A DNA stretch of 64,000 bases from the NCBI GenBank assembly GCA_964016885.1, contig OZ024742.1, forward strand, positions 178,994,001 through 179,058,000, given 5' to 3'. The notes below the pieces were generated by a model. That model was not told the DNA's origin and searched no databases. It saw only the letters and a list, made by a program, of their open reading frames with translations. The stretch comes from Eledone cirrhosa (lineage: Eukaryota). Position 1 is the first letter of the stretch, and each line of letters starts with the position of its first letter. Made by a program: the position numbers and the translations under genes. Shown in pieces: positions 1 to 13,579 of the stretch.

Positions 1-1335
1 CGTTGTTGTTGTTATTGGTGTTGTAGTTGTAGTTGTTGTATCGTTGTTGTTGTTATTGGTGTTGTAGTTGTAGTTGTTGTATCGTTGTTATTGTTATTGG
101 TGTTGTAGTTGTAGTTGTTGTACTGTTGTTGTAGTTGTTGTATTGTTGTTGTAGTTGTTGGTGTTGTAGTTGTAGTTGTTGTATTGTTGTTGTTGTTATT
201 TGTGTTGTAGTTGTAGTTGTTGTATTGTTGTTGTTGTTGTTGGTGTTAGAGTTGTAGTTGTTGTATTGTTGTTGTTGCTATTGGTGTTGTAGTTGTAGTT
301 GTATTGTTATTGTAGTTATTGTTGTTGTAGTTGTAGTTGTAAAGATGCTGTTGTTATTGTTGTTGTAGTTGTAAAGTTGTTGTCGTTGTAAAGATGCTGT
401 TGTTGTTGTAGTTGTAGTTGTAGTTGTAAAGTTGCGGTTGTTATTGTTGTTGTAGTTGTAGTTGTAGTTGTAAAGATGCTGTTGTTATTGTTGTTGTTGT
501 TGTTGTTGTAGTTATAAAGTTGTTGAAGTTATTGTTGTAGTTGTAGTTGTAGTTATAAAGTTGTTGAAGTTATTGTTGTAGTTGTAGTTGTAAAGATGCT
601 GTTGTTGTTGTTGTTGTAGTTGTAAAGATGCTGTTGTTATTGTAGTTGTTGTTGTAGTTGTAGTTGTAAAGATGCTGTTGTTATTGTAGTTGTTGTTGTA
701 GTTGTAGTTGTAAAGATGCTGTTGTTATTGTAGTTGTTGTTGTAGTTGTAGTTGTAAAGATGCTGTTGTTATTGTAGTTGTTGTTGTAGTTGTAGTTGTA
801 AAGATGCTGTTGTTATTGTAGTTGTTGTTGTAGTTGTAGTTGTAAAGATGCTGTTGTTATTGTAGTTGTTGTTGTAGTTGTAGTTGTAAAGATGCTGTTG
901 TTATTGTTGTTGTTGTTGTAGTTGTAGTTGTAAAGATGCTGTTGTTATTGTTGTTGTTGTTGTTGTAGTTGTAAAGATGCTGTTGTTATTGTTGTTGTTG
1001 TTGTAGTTGTAAAGATGCTGTTGTTATTGTTGTTGTTGTTGTAGTTGTAGTTGTAAAGATGCTGTTGTTATTGTTGTTGTAGTTGTAGTTGTAGTTGTAA
1101 AGATGCTGTTGTTATTGTTGTTGTTGTTGTAGTTGTAAATATGCTGTTGTTATTGTTGTTGTAGTTGTAGTTGTAGTTGTAGTTGTTGTAGTTGTTGTTA
1201 TTGGTGTTATAATTGTTATTATTGTTGTAGTAGTTATATCTGCTGTAGCTGTCGTTGCTGTTGATATTAGCATTGTAGTAGTAGTTTTTGTTGTTGTTGT
1301 TGTAATTAGCGTTGTACTTGTTTTTGTTTTTGTAT

Positions 1336-1382
<47 letters not shown>

Positions 1383-1395
1383 ATAGTTGTTGTTG
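1..1395. repeat. (GTT/GTA)n low-complexity tract with embedded minisatellite (GTAAAGATGCTGTTGTTATT...)
   Basis: Degenerate trinucleotide repeat; the motif gtaaagatgctgttgtt recurs more than 15 times between ~340 and 1150. Confidence 0.95.
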
Positions 1396-1504
1396 TAAAG
1401 ACTAACCTGTTAAGCTGTCACATCACCGAGGTAGGCATTCGCTATGACAAGAGATATTCAGGTGTGTTGCCGTGGTGTTCTTACTACTGCTTCCAACCGT
1501 ATTG

Positions 1505-1537
<33 letters not shown>

Positions 1538-1556
1538 ACGTTGTTGTTGTTGTTGG

Positions 1557-1587
<31 letters not shown>

Positions 1588-1644
1588 GCTGCTGCTGCTG
1601 CTTTTGACAATAGCACTACCATCACTACCACCACAAACCTCATA

Positions 1645-1716
<72 letters not shown>

Positions 1717-1748
1717 GCTGCTGCTGCTACTATTACTAGTAGATATAT

Positions 1749-1793
<45 letters not shown>

Positions 1794-1949
1794 GTAGTAG
1801 TAGTAGTAGTAGTAGTAGTAGGTATATCTATGTATCTATAACTGATGTAGAAAGTAATTATATTGTGGTTTATATATATGAGTATGTATATATATATATA
1901 TATTTCATGTATATATACACACACACAATATATATATATATATATATAT

Positions 1950-1998
<49 letters not shown>

Positions 1999-2016
1999 CA
2001 TACATACATATATACA

Positions 2017-2069
<53 letters not shown>

Positions 2070-2172
2070 GTATGTATATATGTACATATATATAGGTTAG
2101 TCGCTGCAAATCGAAGAGACAAAAGTCAATACACGCTCAGAATAATGTACAGAGTTAACGTGCACTTAAGCA

Positions 2173-2225
<53 letters not shown>

Positions 2226-2333
2226 TCTTAGAATGTTGTAGAGTTAAGGTGCACTTAAGCATGAAACTCATGGCCTTCGGGTCAATAATAAAGCTTCACG
2301 ATTATTATATGTGTGTGTGTATTTATATACATA

Positions 2334-2417
<84 letters not shown>

Positions 2418-2422
<5 letters not shown>

Positions 2423-2541
2423 GCCAGATAGTCCTATGCGAGCAAGATAACCACTCTTGCCTCAAGTGGGAAAACCCCCCTCCAAACCCATGCAAGCGTG
2501 GAACACGGACGTTAAACGATGATGATGATGATGATGATGAT
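2418..2541 (+). mobile_element. 3' end of a retroposon (SINE/LINE tail ending CGGACGTTAAACGATGATGAT)
   Basis: Ends ccaaacccatgcaagcgtggaacacggacgttaaac followed by a (GAT)n tail; the same terminus appears inverted at ~54410-54432. Confidence 0.55.
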
Positions 2542-2632
2542 ATATACATATATATATATATTGTTTGCCCATTGAGTGCGCTAAGATACAGCCGGTACTG
2601 GCATTGATAAATATGCTGGGTCCATTAACCCT

Positions 2633-2702
<70 letters not shown>

Positions 2703-2738
2703 GTATGTATATATATATACATTCGTGTGATCAAGTAT

Positions 2739-2803
2739 ATTTTATTATACATATTTCAGACGTACTGAGCTATTTTCAACAGTACGTCCTCATCAGATAA
2801 AAT
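2739..2803 (-). ncRNA. Type I hammerhead ribozyme motif (family C)
   Basis: Minus strand: AUUUUAU CUGAUGA GGACGUACUG-loop-CAGUACGUCU GAAA UAUGUA UA AUAAAAU. It has a 7-bp stem I, a 10-bp stem II and an intact core. Confidence 0.8.
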
Positions 2804-2922
2804 AAGATGATGCTTGACATACCTTGACTATGTTGATCGTTAAAAATCAGTCATATATATATATAAATATATATATAATATTCAGTCATATATATATATA
2901 TATTTATATATATAAAATTCAG

Positions 2923-3003
<81 letters not shown>

Positions 3004-3097
3004 TATATATATATGTACGGCCACGACATGGTTTAGTAATGCAAATAGAAATAAGATAAACAGATAACAAATATTTTCAACTTTCTTATTCTGTTGT

Positions 3098-4349
3098 CTG
3101 TTTATGTATGTGTGTAAATGTGTGTGTATGCGTGTATGTATGTGTGCGTATGTGTGCATGTGTATAGCTGTGTGTAAGTGTGTGTATGTGTGTGAGTGTG
3201 TGTGCATGTGTGTAGGTGTGTATGTGTGAATGTGTGTGTGTATGTGTGTATTTGTGTGTATCTGTGTATATTTGTGTGTATGTGTGTTCATGTGTGTTCA
3301 TGTGTGTATGTGTCTTTATGTGTGTGCGTCTGCATGTGTATATGTGTGTTTATGAGTGTATGTGAGTGTGTGCATGTGTGTGTATGTGTGTGTGTGTGTG
3401 TGCATGTGTGCATTTAAGTGTATCTGTGCGTATTTGTATGTATGTGTGTGAGTGTGTTTATGTGTGTATGTGTGTTTATGTGTGTGTGTGTATCTGCATG
3501 TGTATATGTGTGTTTATGAGTGTATGTGAGTGTGTGCATGTGTGTGCATGTGTGTGTGTGTGTGTGTGTGTGCATGTGTGCATTTAAGTGTATCTGTGCG
3601 TATTTGTGTGTATGTGTGTTCATGTGTGTTCATGTGTGTATGTGTGTTTATGTGTGTGTGTCTGCATGTGTATATGTGTGTTTATGAGTGTATGTGAGTG
3701 TATGCATGTGTGTGTGTGTGTGTGTGCATGTGTGCATTTAAGTGTATCTGTGCGTATTTGTATGTATGTGTGTGAGTGTGTTAGTGTGTGTATGTGTGTT
3801 TATGTGTGTGTGTGTGTGTGTATCTGCATGTGTATATATGTGTTTATGAGTGTATGTGAGTGTGTGTATGTGTATATATATATATGTATGAGTGTACGCG
3901 TGCACAATTACATTGTAGGAGGTAGTTTAGCGATGAAAACATGGTTTTAAATACTATAAAATTCACTTGACATTTACAACATATTTGAATGTACTCGTAT
4001 TTGAGTGTATGTGTGTGTGTGTATGTATGTGTGTGTATGTGCATGTATGTATGTATGTATGTATGTATGTATGTATGTATGTATGTATGTATGTATGTAT
4101 GTATGTATGTATGTATGTGTGTGCGTGTGAGAGAGAGAGTTTGTGTATGTCTGTGCATGTATGTGTGTGTGCATATATGTGTGTGTGTGTATGTGAATGT
4201 ATGTATATATGTATGTATGTATGTATGTATGTGTGTGTGTGTGAGAGAGAGAGAGTTTGTGCATGTATGTGTGTGTGCATGTATGTGTGTGTGTGTATGT
4301 ATGTATGTATGTATGTATGTATGTATGTATGTATGTATGTATATATGTA

Positions 4350-4381
<32 letters not shown>

Positions 4382-4475
4382 TTTGTGTATGTCTGTGCAT
4401 GTATGTGTCTGTGCATGTATGTGTGTGTGTGCATGTATATGTGTGTCTTTGTGTGTAAGTGAGTATGTATGTTTG
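3098..4475. repeat. Compound (TG)n/(TATG)n microsatellite with higher-order repeats
   Basis: Direct reading of the sequence. Confidence 0.95.
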
Positions 4476-5053
4476 TGAGTGTTTATATTGTTGTTAATTA
4501 TCTGTTTAAAACGGAAAGAACCACAATTTAAGACAAGGAACTCAATCCATAAAGTTGATATATGATATATTTATTAACATAGAAGAAAACAAGAAACAGA
4601 ACAGAGTGCAGTGAAAAGGGTGACTTGGTTCTCTTTTACTCTTTTACTCATTTACCTGTTACAGCCATCCGGCTGAGGCCATGCTGGGGCACCGCCCTTG
4701 GTTATTTATTTGGTTCGTTATTAATTTTCAGCTGGGGTTGGCTGCCGGGGATTCCGAAGCCAAAAGGAATGAAGAATGCTCAAAGCTATTGAAATGATAG
4801 GATAAGAGAACTCAGCAGCTAACGGAGGGTTGGGGGTAGAAGAAAGATCCTCTTGTTTGATATAGAGCAGAAGAGAGTGGAGAAAACGTGGAAGCTAAGG
4901 GGAGGAGTTGGGTAGTTACTTGTCCACTACTGCTGACCCACCAATGGGAGGGAGTTACGGTTAAAGGTTGAAACACCCAATCAGCGTTAGACACTATCAG
5001 ATGACATCAACGTCTCCTGGAAAAGTCTATATTCACCGTAGCTAAACGAGATG

Positions 5054-5092
<39 letters not shown>

Positions 5093-5095
<3 letters not shown>

Positions 5096-5429
5096 ATACA
5101 TTAACAGAGAAAGCTTTAAGCGATACTCTGACCAACTCCATCTCACTCAACAAACATTAGGATATACCTAAGTATAATCCGAATATACAATATTCCGTGG
5201 ATAGCTGGTTGTATTATTTTATATGAGACATAATTAAATATATATATATATGTATATATATTAGATATGTCTCATTTGAAATAATACAGCCAACTTTCGA
5301 CGCAATACTTTTAGTTAGCACCCCGAACACATAATTGGGAATATAGTCACTTATTTCCTAATGTTTGTTGAGTGAGTTGGAATTTGGCCGGTGTATCGCT
5401 AAAAAGCTTTCTCCGATATTGTATTTATT

Positions 5430-5430
<1 letters not shown>
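5093..5430. repeat. Diverged inverted repeat pair (~5093-5232 / ~5266-5430) around a (TA)n spacer
   Basis: ctcactcaacaaacattagg pairs with cctaatgtttgttgagtgag; atgagacata with tatgtctcat; gagaaagctt with aagctttctc. Confidence 0.75.
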
Positions 5431-5460
<30 letters not shown>

Positions 5461-5787
5461 CTGTGTAGCCTCAACATTCGCGGTCCCGTTTATTCGCGGA
5501 ATTTTTCTTAGAACCTAACTAATAATTGTTCATGGGATATTCACAGAATATTCACGGAATCGTAAATATCTTCCGCGAATTATTATGGCATTTTTCGTGG
5601 TAATATATATTTTTTCAAGATTTTTAACACTAAACTATTAATAAGAATATACCCTATTCACCGGCCTATATTATACGTTATGTTTTGACGTTTATAGGCA
5701 TATTTATGGACCGCCTCCAATATTTGCGATTTTCACTCTTCGCGGGTGCTCTAGGAAAGTAAACCCACGAATACCGAGGCACAACTG
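5461..5787. mobile_element. Tc1/mariner (Tigger/pogo-like) MITE
   Basis: Imperfect TIRs ctgtgtagcctcaacattcgcgg and ccacgaataccgaggcacaactg, flanked by TA on both sides; no ORF. Confidence 0.7.
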
Positions 5788-5955
5788 TAAATATATATAT
5801 ATATATATACATTTAAAATATATGATAGACACGAAATGTGTTTATATTGCAACAGACAAAGTTAGCTATTAATGAAATAAACTAATTAAAGTGAATATAT
5901 ATATATATATATATATATTTTGAGTATATGTTGGTTGTATACCATACTAATTCAA

Positions 5956-6010
5956 ACTGCCTGAAGAGGTCAGAGCCAAAGATGGCTGTCACTGAGATAT
6001 ATATAGCAGT
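5956..6010 (+). ncRNA. Degenerate type I hammerhead motif
   Basis: ACUGC CUGAAGA [stem II AGCCA aaga UGGCU] GAGA UAUAUA UA GCAGU; GAAA is mutated to GAGA. Confidence 0.55.
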
Positions 6011-6055
6011 AATAAACGAAGCTAAATTTTAAACATTTGACTTTTTATTTAACTT

Positions 6056-6092
<37 letters not shown>

Positions 6093-6657
6093 CACGCACA
6101 CATGAAATGAAACAAGGCAACGATCATACTCGTTGCCACCTCACTTTATCTACAACCCTTTTACGACTATTTCTGCGTGTGAGTATATGTATGTGTTGGT
6201 CAGCCTGCCGCACACGCGCCCACACACCCCTCTCTACAGTCCTATAGTAGCCAGTTCGGTTACGGTTTAACAGGCATTCAACACACACTCTAAGATACTC
6301 GATGACTATCATTTCTCCAAAATGGCTAATTGAACATTCACATGAAAAAACAAATTCCTTTCTTACCTTTTCTCACATTCTATCTTCTGATAAAGGACTA
6401 GTGGCGCGAAATTTATTATAATTATTGACAAACCAATCAAATTACTTCTCGAAAAACCTGGCATTTCGAGCCATTTTTTCCATATAAAACAAGTAACATT
6501 CAGAGACCAACCAGATGTGAGAAAAACCACAGACCCTCCATCTCAACTCACCTTTTGAAAAGCAGAAGAACTGCGAAACCGGTAAAGTAACCAAATAAAT
6601 ATATATATTTAAAAAAAAAATAAGACTCCAGTTGCATTTTCGATTTCATCTCTTTTT

Positions 6658-6744
<87 letters not shown>

Positions 6745-6760
6745 ATAGAGAGAGAGAGAG

Positions 6761-6830
<70 letters not shown>

Positions 6831-7166
6831 GAAGTGATGCTCTGATCGATAACTGACTGGGTTTGTATATCAATTATGTACAATATGTTCATGTAAATAG
6901 CCTCGCTATGAAATTTTAGATGCGATGATTAATCACCACTGGTCTTTAACAACCAGGAAAAGGAGAGCAATCTAACGGTGCCGTTTCTGGTTCCTAAACC
7001 ATCGTCATGGAAGCTTACTCCTTCTTGGATGCTGAGACGAAAATAAACTAAAAGCGTATAGGCTTATGAACATCGGCTGATGAAACTCATTTGCATACAG
7101 AGCAAAAGCTGGCGAGCTCTAATCAATGAGAAGTGATGTTCTGACATAGTATTTATGTGTATGTAG

Positions 7167-7246
<80 letters not shown>

Positions 7247-8105
7247 ACGTGCGTGTGTGTGTGCGTGGGTATTACAGAAATATTTTTAACCCATTCAATC
7301 GATTATGCCTTGGCTTTTTTCAATAATTACATAGGCAACTAATTAAGGAATCAATAATTTATATTATAGAAATATATCGATTTTGTTTTACATTGATACA
7401 TAAATGATTGGAAGAAATAGTAGCGTCCATGGACCATTTTTCTCGTTTGGAGTAACTCAGATATTGGTGAGAAGGAAGGGAGAATGTTCTCCTCAATCGC
7501 CCGATCTGCTTGCAATAGCAACAGTATCCCTGAACTTAGAATACAAAAAGCCCCCATAAATATTACAAGGTATTTAGTCCGATACTGTAAAAGATCTGCT
7601 ACTCTACCTCTATCGTCTCTAAAATTATGCTGTCCATCCCCCGAAAGGAGGAAAGACAAAGTAGATTTCGGCTAGATTCGAATTCACTGCGTATAACAAT
7701 TCCGGGACAAATATGTTCTATGATTTAACGATTTTGCTCAAACCTATATTTTAAACCCTTGACTAGAAATTTAGTTACTCGTCTCCGAATGATGTACTCG
7801 GATAGATTTGAACTAAGTTTATAAAAAAGCCGAACAACGCTTTAACGATTCTTCCAATTTGCCACCCTATAATCCTGGATTACACATACTTTAATTCATG
7901 CCACCCCCACCCACTCCAACCCATCTCTCAAAAAAAAAAAAAAAAAAAAAAAAAACAACAAAAAAAAACGTATAAAGTAAAGTTCACTTCCGATGGTTTT
8001 GAACACAGAGAGCAGGCAGCTGAAACAAATACTGCCAGGTATTTTGTTCTGTGTTCTAACATATTCTAACAGGTAATTTGTCAAATGATTATTAGTTCAT
8101 TCCAG

Positions 8106-8330
8106 GACGGTGGTTTAGCAGTATTGGTAGAGTGGGACACCATGCTTTGCAGCATAGAGTTACGGTCCTTTACGGTTTGAGTTCAAATCCCGCCGAGGTT
8201 AACTTTGCCTTTCATCCTAACGGGGTCGATAAAATAAAGCACCAGTAACGTACTGGCGTCGATTTAATCGACTTTTCTCCCCCACCCTCCCAAATTACTG
8301 GCCTTGTGTCTATACTAGAAATCCTTATTA
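8106..8330 (+). mobile_element. tRNA-derived Meta-domain SINE
   Basis: A-box-like ggtttagcagtattggtagag, B-box gagttcaaatcc and the core gcctttcatcc-ggggtcgataaaataaag-accag shared by ~20 copies in the window. Confidence 0.85.
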
Positions 8331-8484
8331 GTTCATTCCGTCATTCCTTAATTTGAAACAGATGTCCTTCACACATGATTTTTTTTTTTTTTTTTAATCG
8401 ATCGACTTTCGTCAAATCGGACCGAGGAAACAATGTTTCTGTTGGTCTTTCCAATTGCTAATACTATCTATCGGTCGCAACTCC

Positions 8485-8615
8485 AGGTAGAAGGAGCAAC
8501 GTGAAATAAAATGTATTGTTGAAGGACATAACGCATCGCCCGGTCTAGGAATCGAACTGACAACCTCATGATTGCGAATCCAGTTCTCTATCCAATCAGC
8601 CACACGTCTTCACAC
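8485..8615 (-). mobile_element. Second tRNA-derived SINE family (head fragment)
   Basis: Minus strand tggctgattggatagag...agttcgattcctagacc...ttcacgttgctcc; related to the plus-strand copy at 22550-22840. Confidence 0.6.
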
Positions 8616-8699
8616 ATGATACCAACTGTTGATCACCAGAATATCTAGAGTATGGATATCAGAACTGTTTAAACCATTATATATAAATCAGAAACCTGT

Positions 8700-8832
8700 G
8701 TTAGCAAGTGGTATTCTATTGAATTATTTTGCGGCCCTTTACATTCTAATTTCAAATCCCGCTGAGGTTAGTTTTGCTTTTCATCCTTACGGGGTCGATA
8801 AATAAAGCACCAGTAATGCACTGAGGTCGATT
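8700..8832 (+). mobile_element. Meta-domain SINE fragment
   Basis: ttcaaatcccgctgaggttagttttgcttttcatccttacggggtcgataaataaagcaccag. Confidence 0.75.
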
Positions 8833-8888
8833 CTCACTCTCCCCTTCTCACCCTCTCTCTCTCACTCCTTCTCTCTCTCTCTCTCTCA

Positions 8889-10480
8889 GTTATCCTAGAG
8901 ACATCATCGTGTGTAGGGCCAACAAGGTCCAGCAGTGTCCTTCATCTTACGAGAGTAAGATCCTGACAGGATGAGCTGGCGGCAAGTGGAGGACATGTCC
9001 GTACCAGCTCATGAGGCGGGGGCTGAGGTATGATGCGTGCGCGCATGCAACCTTTATTTTGGAAACGTGGTGGAACAATCTGATGTTCTCAGTGGTCCTC
9101 AGGGCTCTACTAAAGAAACCGGCTTGTTGTGGGGGACGTCCGTTTCTAATAGCAGGAAGAGCACGGCTGAGGAGGATCTTATCGAAGTGTTATCTATGCC
9201 TGTCTTCAACAACTCTACGGTGATAGTCCAAATTCCAGGTGCTTTGTGGCTGCTGAGTTACTTCAGGGTGGTTCTGACTTCACTGGGGTGACAGGATGAA
9301 GTCTGCAAATGTCCCTGGTTGCAGCTGTGTCTGCGGTGACGGTTAACCAGGGATTGATGGGACGGGGGTGGGTAGAAGAAAATGACTGAAGTACTCCTTC
9401 CAGCGTTTGAAGCAGGTGGTTTCTGTGGTGATGTTGTCAATGGTATTCTAGACCACCGCTGTCTTGATCTGGGAACCGGCACGGGCTCTGCGGAGTGTGT
9501 TGAACATCTAGCTGAGGTCGTTGATGCTTGCCTCTGCCAACAGGCGCTTGGCTTCATCCACCCAAAATTTCTTAACTGGCGAGCCCTGCAGTGACAGTTA
9601 ATTATCTTCACCGTCTGCAGTGAAATCCAGGGCCGTATGGGAAGAGGTCTTGAGTTTACTAAGACATCGCGCGCAGACTGTTTGACGCTTAATTTAAAGA
9701 TCTCCCAGTTTTCGGTCTCGTCCTCGACCAGGGCACTGAAGCGATTGGCTATGGAGCACTCTAATGTAGAAGTGATGTTGGTGTCATGGAGACATGAGTC
9801 AAGTCGGGACTGGTATTTGGCGGCAGGGTTCGCTCGCAACTTCAGCTTCAGTGTCGCAGCCAGCAACCGATATTCGGTATTGCCGAGTTGAGCTCCTCTG
9901 TAGATCCGGCAGTTGGTGACAAACGACCTCCAGCTGCAGTAGATGATGATGTGGTTGATTGCCTTCTGGGTGTAGCCACCTGGATTGTACCAAGTTAAGT
10001 GATAGAAGAGTTTGCAGGGGAACCAGGTGTCGGCTATACAGAGTTTGTTGTAGTGGCACAGGAGTAGCAGAAGATCACTGTTATCATTGGTGGATGGGTC
10101 GGCGTAGGTAGTGACAGTGAGTCTGCAATGGTTCGGTTGGAGGGAAACTAGCAGAAGAAGAGATGCTAACATTGGCGTCCGCCAGGATGATCATGATTTC
10201 ATGTGATAGTACTTGTCCTAAAACCTGTTAAAGCTAGTCTTACTAGTCGTTCTTGACAGTGTCCTCAGTGACGTCCCTAGGGGTACAGGCAACAACGATA
10301 GTCAATTTTCCAAGCTGGTGGAGAATCGGATGGACAGAAAATTGGATTCCAGCTGACGAGCGACACACGGATGTGCTTGGGCATGGTCAGTGCCACGCGT
10401 CAGAGGTCCGTGCCCTCCTCAGGGCCACTCCAGATGTGATGTTGTAGTGGGATATCTCTCGGGAGAGTAGAATGGCTGCC
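8889..10480 (-). pseudogene. Decayed RTE-type LINE (APE endonuclease region plus deleted 3' end)
   Basis: ORF 9258..10172 contains NDNSDLLL..C....LCIADTWF...HLTWYNPGG....INHIII...WRSFVTNCRIYRGAQLGNTEYRLL, typical of RTE APE domains. Upstream remnants LTIVVACTP and IILADAN are present, and a (GA)n tail lies at ~8850-8888. Confidence 0.75.
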
Positions 10481-10789
10481 CCTGGGTGAAGAAACAACAG
10501 GATATCCATGTGGCAACACGACTTTTGTAGGGTAAGTCAATTTTTCATTGGTTGGTGGGTGGACATGCAAGGGTTCGTTCCGATAGAAACAATTATTATT
10601 AGAATATGGAACAAAATGCTTCTCGAGGTTTGTTTTGATTTTGAACAAATTGAGTTAAAATTTCCACCGAGGTCAACTTTGCCTTCCATCTATCCTGGGC
10701 CGATATCAGTAATATACGATGTAATCGAAATTTTACCTTCTCCAAATTACTGGTCTTGTGCCTAAATTAGAAAGCATTATTATTTTTAA

Positions 10790-11212
10790 ATGGTCGACTG
10801 GAAAAATAATTAGAGTGTCGGAGGAAATACTTTGTGGTATTTAGTTACATCCCTTTGCATTCTACGTTCAATTCCCGCCGATGTCAAATTTACCCTTCCA
10901 TCATTCCGTGGTCCATATAATAAAGTACCAGTCATGACCTGGGGTCTAAATAATTGTTTCGACTTTAGGCACAAGGCCAGCAATTACCCAGTACATTACT
11001 GCTACTTTGTTTTATCGACCCCGTAAGGATGAAAGGCAAAGTCAACCTCGGCGGGATTTGAACTCAGATCGTAAAGGGACGTAACTATGCTGGAAAGCAT
11101 GGCGTCCGACCCTCTACTGATACTGCCAATCCACCGCACCTGGAGTCTAAATAATCGACGTTTCCCTCTAGCTAAGTTGATGACTTTGTGCCAAAATTAG
11201 AAACCATTATTA
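10790..11212 (+). mobile_element. Older Meta-SINE interrupted by a younger antisense copy
   Basis: Plus-strand SINE breaks at 10954 and resumes at 11138 after an 18-bp TSD. Confidence 0.7.
10953..11137 (-). mobile_element. Full-length Meta-domain SINE with TSD
   Basis: Reverse complement of the consensus (gcggtggattggcagtatcagtagagggtcggacgcc...); TSD acctggRgtctaaataat at 10937-10954 and 11138-11155. Confidence 0.9.
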
Positions 11213-11217
11213 TATTG

Positions 11218-11335
11218 TGTTCAAATCCCGCCGAGGTTAACTTTGCCTTTCATCCTTACAGGGTTGACAAAATAAAGTACCAGTAATACACTGGAATAAT
11301 TGCTGGTCTTGTGCCAAAAGTAGAAACAATTATTA
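11218..11335 (+). mobile_element. 5'-truncated Meta-SINE
   Basis: gttcaaatcccgccgaggttaac...gtagaaacaattatt. Confidence 0.85.
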
Positions 11336-11605
11336 TATTTAAAAAAAAAAAGAATAATGATAAATAAAAATAAATAAATAAATAAAGTGAAAAATTAAAA
11401 AAATTAAATTAATTTACAATAAAATCAAAACCAAAATGAAAATTAAATGTCAAATGAAATAAAACAAAGTATTTGGTAAACAAAAGCAATCATCACCATG
11501 ATCATCATGATCATGACCACGATCATCATCATTATTGTAATCATAGTTATAATCCCCCCCCCCCCTCCTCCTCCCCCTCCTCCTCCTCCTCATCATCATC
11601 ATCAA

Positions 11606-11673
<68 letters not shown>

Positions 11674-11827
11674 CCATCACCATCATCTGCTTGTCGCACA
11701 GCCTGTGTTACTGGTGATGTAATTCTAGTGCCAGCTGTCCATAAATAGTGGTTTGAGAAGGGAATGGTAGAGTTTCTAAGAAAAATAACTTTCAACCAGA
11801 TGATTTTAGCAATCGAAGTTTACGAAG

Positions 11828-11872
<45 letters not shown>

Positions 11873-11874
<2 letters not shown>

Positions 11875-11970
11875 ATTGTTTCTACTTTTGGCACAAGGCC
11901 AGCAAATTACCCAGTACATTACTGGTACTTTATTTTATCGACCTCGTAAGGATGAAAGGCAAAGTTAACC
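11873..11970 (-). mobile_element. 5'-truncated Meta-SINE
   Basis: Reverse complement of the SINE 3' half. Confidence 0.85.
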
Positions 11971-12269
11971 ATGTAATGATAATAAATTTGAAGACTAAAA
12001 TCCAAAGAGGGCTCGATAAGGATAAATATATATCAAATATATAAGAACCCTAGAGCAAATATATATGAATAGAATATACTTATATGTCACAACAGCACTA
12101 CGGATAGCGATTTATAGGCACCCAGCCATTGAAACATATGTCAATACTCGGAATAAACCCTACTGTATAGTTTATCTGTGTTATTCTATATTCCTTCCTT
12201 ATATATATATATATATATATATATATCAAGTAGATAGGTGGGTAGTAGATGTATGTTTATATGCATGAA

Positions 12270-12600
12270 ACGTAACTCCTGTTGGAGTCGTAGGGCTGTC
12301 GCTGTATTATGTGGTGTTTCTTGGGTATTTTAAAACCCAGCGGACCCCATATCCTCTCCAGATCTGCATACAGGCCATTTCTCCAAAAGAAGGGGAAGAT
12401 AGGAAGTGATTGAGAGGAAATGAAAAAGAGATATAGAAGCAGAATTGCCCTCAGTACTTGAATGGTACTTTTCCTATCAAACTCGAAAGAATGAAAGGCT
12501 AAGATGACCTCGGTGTGATCTGAACTCAGAACCCAGACAACCGGAACGAATAGTGCAACATATTTTATCCGCTGTTCTAACCACTCCACCAATTCGCCGC
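12270..12600 (-). mobile_element. Diverged Meta-SINE subfamily with long 3' tail
   Basis: SINE head at 12450-12600. The tail (cgtaactcc..gagtcgt..cctctccag) is shared with 19775-20060 and 26650-26930. Confidence 0.6.
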
Positions 12601-12755
12601 TTCAAATAGATCGATAGGTAGGTACACAGGTAAGTATGTAGGTAGATGGGTGGGTAGGTCGGTAGATAGGTAAGTAGGGAGGTGTGTGAGTGTGGGTAGG
12701 TGGGTTGGTAGATAGATAAGGTGTGTAGGTAGGTAAATAGGTAGGCAGATAGATA

Positions 12756-13564
12756 ATTTTCTTTTTATTTGCCACCAGGGCATCAAAAAGTGGGACAAGT
12801 ACAATGGAGGGAGTTTACATAACAAGGCGTCCTCAATAAGGAGGAGGCAATAACAAAATATAAAAATAAAATAAAATATAACAAGATAAAATTTATAACA
12901 AAATCCTCAATAGAGACACACCCCCGAAAAAAAGTGTGCAACCCTTCTCCTCAGGAGCACAGAGAAGGGGTGCTCCCTTGGTCTTTCATCTTCCTCACCT
13001 ATAGTCTGATGTAGAATGAAGGCCCATTCACACGGGCCATTCTCGCCACTTTCACCCATCTTTCATAAAAACGGCTGGGGTGCAGCACCTCTCTCTCCAT
13101 CCTGATCCTTCTTCCGAAATGATATCGGAAGAAACGGACCAGTTGTTGGCCAGAGAGAAAGGTGTCTGACCTCAGTCCTTTCAGACGCGTCCACCATACA
13201 ACCTCTTTCGCCATGGCTATTACGCACAGAAACACCGCCTCTCCTTCGTTTTTGAAGAGGGGAGGCGGCTTGATCGTTACAATAGACTCGGTGGTCAACC
13301 GGATCGGTCCCACCCTTGACAGCAGTTGTTCGACATAGCCCCACAGATCAGCAATGCCCGAGCAGTGTACCAATGCGTGTGCAACGGTTTCCTCGTCGCA
13401 CACGCATCTGGGACAGATCTTTTTCGAGGAGTCCCTACCCGGGCGCCCGTGTCTGTAGAGCCTTTCTCGAACGGGCAGAGCCCTTCTGTAGCACTGCCAG
13501 GCCAGGGACCTCTGGAAGTTATCCATGGGTCCCGGGCTGAATGTCCTACCGAACAGGTTGGCCA
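12756..13564 (-). mobile_element. Tx1/L1-clade LINE family B, 5'-truncated, with 15-bp TSD
   Basis: ORF 12999..13526 is the ORF2 C-terminal zinc-binding region (CPRC..DEETVAHALVHC), near-identical to 53450-54286. TSD gtaggcagatagata at 12741-12755 and 13565-13579. Confidence 0.9.
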
Positions 13565-13579
13565 GTAGGCAGATAGATA

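Noticed and set aside
4488-5050. Possible solo LTR
   Set aside because: No clear TG..CA termini with a TSD, and no second copy in the window.
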